NCBI GenBank assembly: GCA_030141605.1
Contig: JAQGDQ010000134.1
Location: 266,978-330,977 of the forward strand
Source: Tubiluchus corallicola
Lineage: Eukaryota > Animalia > Priapulida
Length of the DNA: 64,000 bases
Reading direction: 5' to 3'
In this document: piece by piece, positions 35,375 through 48,900 of the stretch
Position numbering within the stretch: the first letter of the stretch is position 1
Layout: the number at the start of each line of letters is the position of its first letter
Notes under the pieces: model-generated
Told to the model about the DNA's origin: nothing
Seen by the model: only the letters and a program-made list of their open reading frames with translations
Database searches by the model: none
Position numbers and translations under genes: made by a program

Positions 35375-35731
35375 CAAGGGCGTAGGCAGGTTCTAAAATT
35401 AGGGGGAGCAAGCAAGCACACAGAAACAGGCGCCCTGACACATACCAAGAAAGCGTCGTGATGCATGAAGAAATTATATGTTTGCCTATGCCACCACAGA
35501 CAGTATCAGCGTGTGACAAGAATATATACTGATAATTAGATTTGAGGCAATTTTATTCTTGGTTTAATCAGTCAACCTTGACAAATGAGGTGCATAAATG
35601 CACATTTATTTTAAAAACACGTACAGGAGGCAGGTTGGTCAAATAAAGTAATAAGGCAGGCAGTTGAAAACGCGCCAATTTTGAAAAATGCGCTTGGGGA
35701 GCGATTGCTTCCTCTATTAGCTGCCCCACTG
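35375..35731. mobile_element. hAT-like MITE with 8-bp target-site duplication
   Basis: Ends CAAGGGCGTAG...CTGCCCCACTG flanked by CTGGTAAC (35367-35374) and TTGGTAAC (35732-35739), a 7/8 match. Confidence 0.7.
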
Positions 35732-37185
35732 TTGGTAACTCGTGAGCAATAGGACAATAGGTTAGCAGAGCTGCAGAATTAGCCTAACATAAAAATAATA
35801 ATTTGCAAGCTGTTTATCGTACAGTAAGGAAATTTCGGATAGTGTAATATTTAAAAATGAAGCTATAAAATGTGATTGTAAAGTTATAATTAACTTGATA
35901 ATATTTGTTTAAGCATATAAACAACAACATTAACGAATTAACTTAGCAATTAAACCGTCGGCAAATTACTATAATGGGAGCTCTCGTAATCTTGGCGTGT
36001 GGAAAAACATTTTCTAACACAAGCCTTGTGATTGCAATAATAAAGGATATGAATTATCCATTTTTATGCAACTAAGTACGTTTCACAGTTTTAATTGCTA
36101 TTGTTACATAACCGCATAATTTTTTTAATTAAGCATTGTAAACTGCAAATGCATTTTTTCTTTTACGGTGGATTCACTAGACCGATTAATAATCAATTTA
36201 TTCTTCGTTAAAATAAAAAAAATGCTTGACATGGTTACTGTTATTTAAGAGAGTTTACTGATAAAGCAAAGGCAATGTCTAAATTTATTTGACATAATTG
36301 CCCTCAATATAGGGAACGCAGACAATCACACCAATCAAATTTTGTTATCTTACGTGGTTCTCAGAATATGCGGCAGAATGGGCTTTAAACACTTCATACT
36401 TAATCATCGCTGCTTTTGTCAATGCATTAATGAAGAAGATTGCTAATCAAAATGGCACAAAAGCTAATGTGAATTGAATCAAATAAATTATATTTATACA
36501 CACATAAATACAAACGATAAAATCTTACTATTATTAACGAGGTTGTAGAAAAGATCGTAAGATTTATTATTAGAATATCCATGGAATTATCTACAGAATC
36601 AAAGTCATCGTAGGAAGTGTCTCTTACCAAAATCAATTAAGCGGGCTGCTAGGATGTTATTTCCTTACATACTCTCATGCGGAAAAATTATCTTAAGATA
36701 TCTTAAGTTTCCTGACACCACATTCATTATGTTACACTTGGGCTTACACAAAGAGAGAGAATAATTTCCCCTGTTTCTCTGTATGACCTTTATTTGAAGC
36801 AGATGGTAGGACTTAAGTGTTATTATGCAGTAATTAAGACAGCTGAATACGGGATAAAACTAGATTTCGTACCACACATTTTCAATTATGAAAGTTAAAC
36901 CTAGCCAAGCTTACCTATGTGCTATTAAGATAAAGGTTTCATGTTTGCACAGTCCATGAAAAGACGAGCTTCTCTTGTTTGTGTCGTACGATATTAATTA
37001 TACTTACACCCACGAGCTGTAGTGGTTCATGATAACGTCTGCAAAGTACACCTGTAGAAAACATCTGTAGACCCACTGCAAAGGTCAGGAAACACTGATT
37101 CCAATGAATTGTTGGATGGATGATCGCAGAAAAAATAGTAGCAGTCATATCTTGTTGCTCTAGAGGGACCGGAGATAGCTCTATA

Positions 37186-37920
37186 TGGAGTAAAGACAGT
37201 CTAAGGATAGCTTTAGGGAGTAAAGGCAAGTTTAGTGAATAGAGAAAACTTTAGGGAACACAGAGATTTAGGGAGTAGGGATAACTTTTTGAGGAGTAAA
37301 GACAGATCTAGGGAGCAAAGACGGATCTAAGGAGAAAGGGGGTAGGGACAGCCCTGGGGAGTAAAGACAGGACCAGCGAGAAGGAACAACTCCGTGGAAT
37401 AAAGACAGCAATAGAGAGAGTAGGGAGAGCTCGCGAGAAAAAAGACAGGACCAGGGAGTAGGGACAACACGCAAGAGTAAAGACAGGACTATGAAGTGGG
37501 GAGAGCTCTGAGGAGTAAAGACAGGACTAGCGAGTAGGGACAGCTCGCGAGAGTAAAGCCAGGAATAGGGAGTAGGGACAACTCTGAGGAGTAAAGACAG
37601 GACTAGCGAGCTTGCGAGAGTAAAGACAGGACTAGGGAATAGGGACAGCACGCGAGAGTAAAGACAGGACTAGGGAACAGGGACAGCTCGCGAGAGTAAA
37701 GACAGGACTAAGGAGTAGGGAGAACTCGCGAGAGAACAGACAGGATTAAGCAGTTGGAACACCTCACGAGAGTAAAGACAGGACCAGGGAGTAGAAACAT
37801 CTCGCGAGAGTAAAGGTAAGACTAGGGACTAAAGACTACTCGGGGGAGTGAAAACAGGCCTAAGACTAAGGACTGATCTGGGAAACAAAGAATAATCTAG
37901 GAGGATTTGGGACAACCCTA
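37186..37920. repeat. Purine-rich minisatellite, 38-bp unit made of two related 19-mers
   Basis: Consensus GAGTAAAGACAGGACTAGG-GAGTAGGGACAGCTCGCGA, best conserved at 37500-37830 and decaying outward. Confidence 0.85.
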
Positions 37921-38189
37921 GGAAGTGAAGATGGGCGGTTGCAAGTAAAGGCAGACAGCCCTATGGATCGAAAAGACAAGTCTAGGTATTAGTTCATAGA
38001 TATAGACATTGGGCATATGCAGCTCCTGATATTTATTCAGCAAAATTTACCTTATTGGAGAGCATTTTTTCAATGCCATGAAGTAGCTGCTGGAGGAGGA
38101 AATAAAGATCCATAAAGATCATACATGAATAGTAAATGTGCAACCACTTATTTTAATTAGCACATGACGCACAAGTGGAACACGTAGCA

Positions 38190-38930
38190 TCCTTCAAGCA
38201 GGTAAACGTGATATTATAACTTTGTGTAGAAAGTTCTTTGGGGCATACCTCAAAATTCCATTTTCTTCCCGTTTAATAACCAGACTAAAAAGTCGTTCAT
38301 TGGTTTATTTTGGCTGCTACTTAGTTTCCTAGCCTGAGAAGTTGCAACTGTGTGCACTTACTGACCAAAGTTTAGCAACGCCAAGCCTAATCAGCAAATG
38401 AATGAGTGACTGCCTAGAATAACTAACCTCTAAACGATTTCGTTTGGCATGACGTTGCAGCTCCCGGTATTTGCTATTTTGAGGACTTGCGTGAATCCAA
38501 ACATGGCTAAGGCACCGCTGCTGGTTCAGTATCTCATCTTACAGGAGTAATGAGATACCCAAGTATCGATCGAGTCACAACCATGTTCAGCAGACTTGGC
38601 CGCTGAGTTAAATCCCAATTTACAATGTCTGTTGAACCGTAGAACTATTAGACTTATCTAAAACCCTTTTCACATGGCAAAATAGTGCGAGTGTTAACAT
38701 GATCACTAAACAAACCACTTTGAACCAAACAGAGTACATTGTTAACGTCACGCCGCTCAAAGGGTTTTAGTGTAAAACGGTTTAAAATGGTTTTCAAAGT
38801 AACTCCCAGGCAGGTTTCAAAACTGTTTGGTGACGTCGATTTGAAATGGTTTAAGCTTTTCATTTGAACATTCAAAACGATTTCAAAACGGTTCACACTT
38901 CCCGGGTGAAATGAATAAAAATTTTGAATT
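38190..38930 (+). repeat. Copy 1 of a 740-bp direct duplication
   Basis: TCCTTCAAGCAGG...AAAATTTTGAATT recurs at 39386-40131 with scattered substitutions and small indels. Confidence 0.93.
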
Positions 38931-39385
38931 CTTCTGTGAAACGGTGTTTCTTGCAATAGTCCCGCGGCTTTTGATTTACACTACACATCTTGCTACATTT
39001 CCTTTTTAATTAATACGGCTTGCCAGTAACCAAGTGAGTTAACTGCTACACAGATGATTCACCAATAGTTGATTTTACATTAATTTTTGTCATCATAATG
39101 CTGTGAAATGTTTACTACTGTGCTAGACATGTACAACTAGCAACAATTCATTGTGATACTTTTTAAAATTGTATGTTGCACATTTGCTCAAAAATCCATG
39201 ATCAATAATACGGCTAATGATTTGTTATTTAATATTAAACAATCGGCTTCTATGTTTTTCACTTGTATTTTTGCATAATGTGTCCTATTTGTTGATGTAG
39301 AATTTGCCAGTGCACTCTGTAATTGAAGTATTTGTGCAACAAACTTGAAATGAATTAAATTGACAAATTACAATCATGTTGCTGG

Positions 39386-40131
39386 TCCTTCAAGCAGGCA
39401 AACGTGATATTATAACTTTGTGTGGAAAGTTCTTTGGGGCATACTTCAAAATTCCATTTTCTTCCCTTTTAATAACCAGACTAAAAAGTCATTCATTGGC
39501 TTATTTTGGCTGCTACTTACTTTCCTGGCCTAAGAAGTTGCAACTGTGTGCACTAACTGATGAAAGTTTAGCAACATCAAGCCTAATCAGCAAATGAATG
39601 AGTGACTGCCTAGCAAAACTAACCTCTAAACGATTTCCTTTGGCATGACCTTGCAGCTCCCGGTATTTGCTATTTTGAGGACTTGCGTGAGTCCAAACAT
39701 GGCTAAGGCACCGCTGCTGGTTCAGTATCTCATCTTACAGGAGTAATGAGATACCCAAGTATCGATCGAGTCACAACCAACTATGTTCAGTAGACTTAGC
39801 CGCTGAGTTAAATCCCAATTTACAATGTCTGTTGAACCGTAGAACTATTTGACTTATCTAATACCCTTTTCACATGGCAAAATAGTGCGAGTGTTAACAT
39901 GATCACTGAACAAACCACTTTGGACCAAACAGAGTACATTGTTGACGTCACGCCGCTTAAAAGGTTTTAGTGTAAAACGGTTTAAAAAAGGGTTTCAAAG
40001 TAACTCCCAAGCAGGTTTCAAAACTGTTTGGTGACGTCGATTTGAAATGGTTTGAGCTGTTCATGTGAACATTCAAAACGATGTCAAAACGGTTCACACT
40101 TCCCGGGTGAAATAAATAAAAATTTTGAATT
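39386..40131 (+). repeat. Copy 2 of a 740-bp direct duplication
   Basis: Matches 38190-38930; 455 bp of unique sequence lies between the copies. Confidence 0.93.
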
Positions 40132-41063
40132 TAACTAGAGCATTTGGGAAAATAAATTTTTGGTCGTTTCTACCCTACAAGCCTTTAACGAAACTATGAG
40201 AAACATTTTTTGCAATTCGCAACGTTCCTGGACTGACATTAATTTATTGCAATGAAGCCAGACACGTTCGGAAGCAGCTTCACGACTAGCTTAGCTAACT
40301 AACTGCGCAATACTAGCGACCCAAGGACAAATTCTTTGGTGAAAAACATCCAAGCTGCACTGAGAAAGTTCTAGAAAGTGTGACTGACCTGCAAGTAGTC
40401 TGCGTCGCGAAAAAACATGTCTTTAAGACATGGGTGATGTTCGAGATATAGACCACGTGGTACAATACTATGTTCTCTTGTCTTTACCAGCCATTACACG
40501 AAAAATACGATCCTAAAACATCTTGACATGGCCTTTCACAACAAAAAAGCTTGCGCTACATACAAAAGTGTTCTGCAGACAGGCTTAGTCCAGTTTTTAG
40601 TCTGTGAAAAACAGACGCGACTACTGCTGTCTGCACAGAACATACTTATTGCCTTCTCTGTCAAGTTAAGCAAAAAGGCAAATCTTTACACAGACCTAGT
40701 GTAAGTTTGATCTTAAGACTTTTCTAGAATGACTTCAAAACAGGTCATTCAAATTTATTTTGTATAAAATTGAGCTCCTAATTGCGACCTTTTATCTGAT
40801 AATTTGCCATATGATGTCTTCATGTTTCTACGTCCTTGTGTCTTAACCTTGACCGGCAGGCACAAAATGACTTAACCTGAAACAGCATTGCTAAAAAAAA
40901 CCTTGTCTGCCATTCTGTTCAGCAAATAAATATGTTATTTCCATTCTTATTGCTTATTTAGCTCTGTATCCAAGTGCAAGGTGGGAATTTGTAAACAGCA
41001 CTGAGTTGAAAAGTCATTTGCATTCAGTTTTAAAAATCTTAAAATTTTTCATAAATGTACGTA

Positions 41064-41414
41064 CAGAGTGGTCCAGAAAAAACATTACCTCAAGCAAACT
41101 CGTGTCCTTTCACTCTTCTAGAGGTACTTGTAAAAGAGACCCACATCACCATGTAGCCCATCCCTCTTCGTTTTGACAAAGACTCCACCAAGAACAGAAA
41201 GAACATTTTGTCATACACGGCATTCTGGCAATAAGCAAAAACGGTCATTTTTAGAGGAACACCCCAGAAGCACTTGATGGGAATCTTGGAAAGAAATTTA
41301 TAGCGCATTGAAAAGAAGAGGAAGTTGAGGAACTGGGTTTCATGATGATGTGGCTCTTCTACAACACCTCTACCAAAATAAATGACTACGGGTTTGAAGG
41401 ATTGGACAACTTTT
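41064..41414. mobile_element. Degenerate Tc1/mariner-like MITE
   Basis: TA-CAGAGTGGTCCAGAAAAA left end, decayed TGGACAACTTTT-TA right end; internal TTGTAAAAGAGAYCCACATCAC shared with the element at 53800. Confidence 0.5.
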
Positions 41415-42919
41415 TATAATACTGAATTACTGATGCATACTGAACAGTAAATCACTGTACATATCGTCATGCAATTACTGACTGTGTACTTAGCAATTAA
41501 AGTTAAGCAATGTTAAGCCTGATCAGTGGATGGGTAAGTGACCGTTGGGTTCAATATTCGTTATAGGCAGTTTATAATACAACAACGCCTTTGAATATTA
41601 ATCTTGTTGAACAAAGTGTCCATGCATACACACTCGCATGAGGGTGAAACACCTTTGCTAGTAATAATTAAAACTCAACTAAAGCACGTCTTTGTGGATT
41701 ATAAACAAACATAATAACCAAACAACATAGCTTGTAAACACAAAGCAAACTCTCGTACGATTCAGATTAATTTTAATAATGTAGCGTTGTCTTGTTATGG
41801 GTTTACTTGGGGGCGGTGTTTGTACGTATTATCTTATATAATAGATGACAAGAACAGCTTGAAATCAGTAACGACTAATGCACTGATAAAATCGGATTTT
41901 CGAAAGCATTATCCTAGCAATAAAGGTTTTCGTGTAGACATCTAGTTTTTACATTGATTGGCAGTGGTCGGCAGAGGTGTTTTGGCAACGTTTGAACATG
42001 TGGACAGCCTCGCTCAACGAGATAAATAGTCGAAGTAATACGGAAATGGAAATCATCCATCCATTTGCAAACCAGGTCCAACATTTGCATAACTTCGCCG
42101 AGAGGTAAATTTCCTAGTAGTAATCCATCAATTACAAGCAAGACCCAAAGTTGCTTAACTTTGGTGCAAAACACACACTTACCACTTAGCTTCTTTCTTG
42201 CCAAAAAACAAAAACAAAATTCAAAACATTCAATAGATATAGTTTTTTGGAAAAAAATCTAGACAGTTATTATAATTTTAGATTGACGCACTCACAAAAT
42301 TTATGCATTTCTATTATTTTTAATTTTAAAGCATTTTAAACGCATTTTTAAAAGTTTGACACATACGCTGGATTTCTATTCTACAAGCCTTATTATAACT
42401 AAACGCTGTTTGGTGACATAACGTAGGTGCAACATTATTCTCAAGGTAGTTCCAAGCTCCATTATTCACTGCATCACTATTAGACAGGCGTTCAACTTTG
42501 ATAGTATAATTATTGTGAGGACGCTAGCTGGTGATTCTTAATGGCCGGTTGTTCTGTTGCTAACGTGGACGCTCATCATAAGTATTTCACCTTTGTTTAC
42601 AATTTAGACTTGTGAGGTTTAAAAACATTTTCAATCATAATCGAACGATGTAGGTATTATAATCATTTGTATTGATTAGAACGAGGCATGTTCAGGTAGT
42701 TTGCGCATTGTGAGATTATCAAAGCTTCCTCAGTGAAGCCAGAGCTGCCGAGTTTGTATGTTTAGCCCCGGCGGGGCAGCACCTCACAAGCCTCGTTGTC
42801 TCGCCTGCTCTTCCCGAAGACACGGTGCGCGTCTTCCCAGGGTCTTCACTGATTATCTCCGCAGAAAGAAGGTCTTTTGCGGCACTACAAGTTTACGGGC
42901 GTCGCCTAACAGGTCGCCA

Positions 42920-45900
42920 ATGATGTCGCAAGAAGCCGCCGGACAGGAGAAAATGGACGCTCCGGAGAAGCCGATGGTCCAAGAGAGAATGGTAACCCAG
43001 CAGAAAGCAGGTACGCAGGAAAGATCCATGTCACAGGAAAGGGTGATGTCTACCCAGCAGCGCTACTCTACCTTCCCACGGACAAGGCAAATTGCAGGTA
43101 CTTAGTAAAACATTGACAGATTAACAGCATTTTTTTATTTTACATTCGATTTAATTTATTTTGTGAATTAACTAGTATGCGTTCTACTACTACATTTATT
43201 GTTGCTAACTACGACAAGTTAATGAACTCATACTATTCATTAAACTCTCTAGTTTTAAATAATCATCAATAATTTATTTTCAAAGCTCAAAGAAAGTGGC
43301 GTTTACGATTTCTGTAGGTATATACAAAAATTATACATGTATGTGCAAAGGTATAAATCTAGCTGCTGCAATTATCGATCACGTCACCGCCCTGAAAAAG
43401 CTCTAATTCGAACCATGCGCACTAGCGGGCAGCTATTGTTGAAGAAATGAAGCCATCGCGTGCAATGATGTCACTACCTCAGGGTTCAAATGGTTTTACT
43501 GACGCCTCCTGTAATTTACTTGCACGGGCCACGTTTTATGGGGGAAACAAGATTCAGTCTTCATTTGGTCGTATTATTGTACGTGGTTTTATGATTTTTT
43601 TGCATTGGGAAAGCTAACAAACTAAAGCTCCCTACCAACCAACATTAAAACGGCCCAAATTGTCAGCGCCTTTATTAGTAAACTAAAAGATACTCTCCTG
43701 TCAAATGATAATAGCCGAGCTGTAAAAGTGGAACAAATATGCCAAATAGTGGCTCATCCAAGGGAATCTGTGACAACTGTCAGGGTTACGTAGTAAGCGA
43801 GCACTCTCATAGGAATCCACATTCAGGCAAAATGTTTTCTTACCTGGTCAGTTTTTAAAAACCTCAATAAGATCTTCATGGTCCAAATTAATTCATATGT
43901 GGTCAAAATTTATGTTATATATCAAGATGAACTTTTTGCATCCCGAAAAAGTCAATTTTATGCTATTTTTCTGGCTATCAAACATGGTTAAAAATGTCGT
44001 AGAACAATCATACACGTTTGTATAGCCTAACAAACCGTTCGAAAAATGTAAAAAGTGGATAAAAACTTGCGAACGACCACAGGATCAATTAAATGTAGAA
44101 AAAATACGTCGCAGGTATGATGCGTTCGTATGTTCACACGGGGTGGAATTATTGTATTATTGTACGTGGTTTTATGATTTTTTTTTGCATTGGGAAAGCT
44201 AACAAACTAAAGCTCCCTACCAACCAACATTAAAACGGCCCAAATTGTCAGCACCTTTATTAGTAAACTAAAAGATACTCTCCTGTCAAATGATAATAGC
44301 CGAGCTGTAAAAGTGGAACAAATATGCCAAATAGTGGCTATATTACATGGAAACGAACTGGAACTCTTTGGCACGGGTAATTTAAAATATATTGTGTTGG
44401 TAATATATAAATACTTTCTCCTATGAAACCATTAAGTGTGTTTACTCAAATTAATTTCTCAGTGTACGTTTATCGTGTATTTTGTATGTTATGTACAATT
44501 CTGTACTATCTCTGATCATGTATATATTTCTAATTTACTTTAAACGTAATTTTATTGACAACAAGGATTACAATATGGCTTGCTTAACCAGACAGTTTTA
44601 CAATTTATAGACGTTCTTGCCAAAGGAACGTAGCACTTAGAAGATTGCAGCAATAAACAAACAGTAGAAGCATTACTGTATAACTTTTAACTGTATAGAT
44701 GCATATATAGCATAATATTGACATGAGATGACATTAATATTACTATGTAAACAATGCAATGGTTAGAAGCGCTTAGATAGAAATATAAATTTCTGTACAC
44801 TATTCTGTGCAATATTAACAGTTTTATTTAAGTGTTGATTGGTATGAAGAAGCAGAAACACGATTTCACTTGTTGACAAACTATACAGAGTTTGCTTCGT
44901 AATGTACATCTCGAGCCTGGCAATATAACGATATTTTTAATTTATTTTATTGATGTTTGCGTATTGTATATTGTATATTTATGTTGTATTTTTTCTAATC
45001 ATTTGTACATAGTTTTAATTTAGTTTTTTAAGTGTATGTTTTTTTGAGTGTGTAGCCAACACAGGCATATTAGTAATGTCCTATTATGAAGGCTTTTTAT
45101 TGGTTTTTGTAAACTGGTTACAATGTAAATATAACTTTTAATTTTATGTAACATTTAACCAATAAAGAATACTAATAATAAATAAAACAATAAAGTAATT
45201 TTGAATATAAATTTTGTTCTAACAATAGGACAATAGGACAGCAGATTAAAGCAAAGTAAACGCTAGCGCACTGAATTTGCAATCAAGAATATATTTAGTA
45301 TTATATTTATAAATTAATAGGACTGGCTTTGTCCAATTACTTTACCAATAAATGAAAGATGAATTGCTGAAGAAAAGTTAAACAAACTGAATTTTATTTT
45401 AAAAAAATTAGTTTAAAATCACAACAACAGTATCCGTTTTGTCTGCGCTTTGTTGATCTTAATTATGATTTTAGAAATTTACTTCGTTTAGGTTATATTT
45501 AGTTTGATTAAGCCTAGGCTTTACGTATGAAGCTTGTGTAAATTATTAAAGCTAGTGTGAAGGTCTATGTACGAGTGTGGGTTACCACTTATCAAAAAAG
45601 AGTTTAAGAACTTCATACCAGTACAACTCTATTTAGTTTTATTTAATGATAGGGGCTGATTCCTTTTACAAATGTGCGTAGCCTACAGTTCATAGCGTAA
45701 AGGTAGACATATTATTTGTCGCTTTCAGTTTTTAGCTGCTTGCAGATGCCAAACTTGCTACTTACGTGGACGTTCTTTACAGCTATAGGTCATTTTGAAA
45801 CTTAAGATGGCGACCATTATTGGTTTTAAATTTTATTGGCAACTACGTATTTGATTAAATTTAAGGGATTGGCTAAGGAATTTTAAAAACCTATTTGAAA

Positions 45901-48900
45901 GCTTCTCCCTATATTATAAAAGATTTTATTTTGAAAACAAAACTTGAAATGAAATGGGAATTAACAAGGTATAAGTGAGAAGCAAAAGGGTGGTGCGAGG
46001 GAGATCACGGGAAGGAGTTTCTGAGGATTATGATTCAAAACGAATAGACGTCGTTATTCAATAGTTGAGTCAAAGTTATACGATTATTAAAGTCTTACTA
46101 TCTATACTATTTACTATCTGATTTATACTGCTATTGCGAATATTTTGGAAACGGGGACACCCGGCAACTCAAAGAAAAACTGTTTTGGATCTTCCGAAAT
46201 AGGCGCACGCCGATAGTGCAGAGAAATAGCAATATTAAAGGTATATATGTGTGTGTGAACTGCAAGCAGGCTACAGCCCAGATTAATTTGTTCGAAGGAA
46301 TTCCACATATTAAATTCTTGCATTTTATCAAGTCAGTTTTTAAGACTAAATCTCAAAGAAGTTGCCTCCTTGAAATTGCTAAGAACTTCATTCCAACAAC
46401 TGGTAGCCAGAAACTGATGTTGCATACGAATTATGAAGCAAGGATCTTTTTTGGTGGCAACCATAATTAACGTCAAACAAAATGTCAATCATTCTCAGTC
46501 AAGTTCTGCTGACTGCCCAATCAGCGTGCATATTTTTCACACGCCCACAGAACCGGTTCAGTACCTCGTCTTTCGGGACAATCAGAACATGAGCTGCAAA
46601 TATGTATTGCCGATATATGTTATATTGTTATGCAAATGCTCAAATTTCATTAGTTTGCGGGAGAGAAACCAGCCTGGTTGTAAATTTTATTACAGTTTAT
46701 CGATTGTCTGTATTGTCAATTGAAATTGTAGGTGAATTAGTGGAAATACATAGTCTAATTTGTTTTTTGTAGGAAGAGTTGTGCAACGCTTGCGTCTATG
46801 AGTTATTGATTTTATTATTAATAAAATGCGCAGTTTAGCTTAATGTACGACCTTGCAAGCTAGATAAGCAACTATATGATTAACTTTTAAAAAATACAAA
46901 TTAACTTAACGAAGTTAATTAGACCGATCATATGACGCTGGTTTGTTGATCACAAATGCAAAATGGCCAACTTGAACAGAGGTGAAAATGAAATTTATAA
47001 CTGTATATTTAAGCCCGAGTTAGCAAGTATAAATGATTCAAGGTCAACAAGCATGTAAAAATCACAACCTGAGCACTTCTAAGTAGGTTTGCGTGGGTTA
47101 TAAAAACGGCTAGTTTACAGTAGTTGATGCCGTGTGGCAGAGCTTAACTCATCCAAGGGAATCTGTGACAACTGTCAGGGTTACGTAGTAAGCGAGCACT
47201 CTCATAGGAATCCACATTCAGGCAAAATGTTTTCTTACCTGGTCAGTTTTTAAAAACCTCAATAAGATCTTCATGGTCCAAATTAATTCATATGTGGTCA
47301 AAATTTATGTTATATATCAAGATGAACTTTTTGCATCCCGAAAAAGTCAATTTTATGCCATTTTTCTGGCTATCAAACATGGTTAAAAATGTCGTAGAAC
47401 AATCATACACGTTTGTATAGCCTAACAAACCGTTCGAAAAATGTAAAAAGTGGATAAAAACTTGCGAACGACCACAGGATCAATTAAATGTAGAAAAAAT
47501 ACGTCGCAGGTATGATGCGTTCGTATGTTCACAGGCAAAAGAAACTTTCGCAAAAATATTTTGTTTCCATTTAACTGCCTTAGTTCCTTTATAATAACTT
47601 TATAATATAATATATATAACTTAATATATATAATATTCGCTTTGCATTTTATAGTTCTTTTAAACCTCGTCGCTACATTAAAAGTTGCTTTGTGATGAAA
47701 TTTCTTGGCTACTTGATAAGTTTAATAAGTTTTCTTATTAAAATATCCACTATCTTGTAAATTTTGTCAATGAAAAAGCACAACCAGTTTGCTCGCTAAT
47801 TAGACTTTAGTTGTGTTGTCTACCAAAGAAAGTTGTTATTCAGCAGGAGCTGATGTCCTGAATACCGTTCAGCGTGCTACGTGACGGCGTAGGCGGAGCG
47901 ATAGACCAATATGTTTCACGTTAATTGTGGATGAACAGCTTGCATATCTGGCTTATATGTTTTATTACTGCTGTTATGCCCAACAGAGGTGATGCATAAA
48001 CAAAGACAGCAGAACTGAATCAAGAGACACCAGGCAAGTGGTCGCAACAGGACACAGAAACTGAACAAGTTTGAAGAGCACGCTGAATGCCTGATCAGCT
48101 AGTAGTCAACTATTAACAGTACTTTTTAGATTCAAGATTGTTTATTTCGCGTCATCACGAATACAACTGGCATATTAAAAAATACAGATTTCAATAAATC
48201 AATATTTAACAAGAAGCATAATACTCAATAAGAAGAAAATTTTGAAATATACTTAATAAAATGCTTAAGTCAGAAGATTTGTGTTGCAGGGCATTAAGGA
48301 AGTCAAACTTATAAATCTTTCAACTTTTAAAAGAACAATTATGAACGTTTTGTTTTCTAACATAGGTCTACATTCACAAGTTATTTTATGTCTGTGTGTA
48401 TGTACCTTTCCAGCGTCAGAAGATTACACAATTTCTGCAGGGTACACATCCCACATTAGTCCACGGAAAGTGAATCTCCGAGCAGCAACTGGAGGAATGC
48501 TGAGCGCTGGGGCGTCTGCATCCATGGCTGCTCTGGAGGGACAAATACCCACCTCACCTCGAGTCATTGTTGAGCAGAGAGAGAGGGAAAAACAAGACTT
48601 GCAGGTAACTGAATAAAGCGCCACAAACAAATTCAAATACAAAAAACTTATAACTCAACAAGACGTAATAACATGACAACTTATAACTCACATCACACAG
48701 CATTGCATGATATGGCACGATTTAACACAATATAAAACAATGTAATACTGTGTAAAACAACACTGCCTGGCACAACACAGCACAGCAAAACACAACACAA
48801 TGCTACACAATACAACACAAACAAAACAGCACAGCACAGTGCATGACAGTACAGCACAGCACAACGTAACATAACAACATGACACGGCACACAACAGCGC

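Noticed and set aside
37268-37651. 127-aa repetitive ORF
   Set aside because: Antisense translation of the 38-bp minisatellite.
38190-40131. LTR pair of a retrotransposon
   Set aside because: No TG...CA termini, PBS, polypurine tract or TSD visible.
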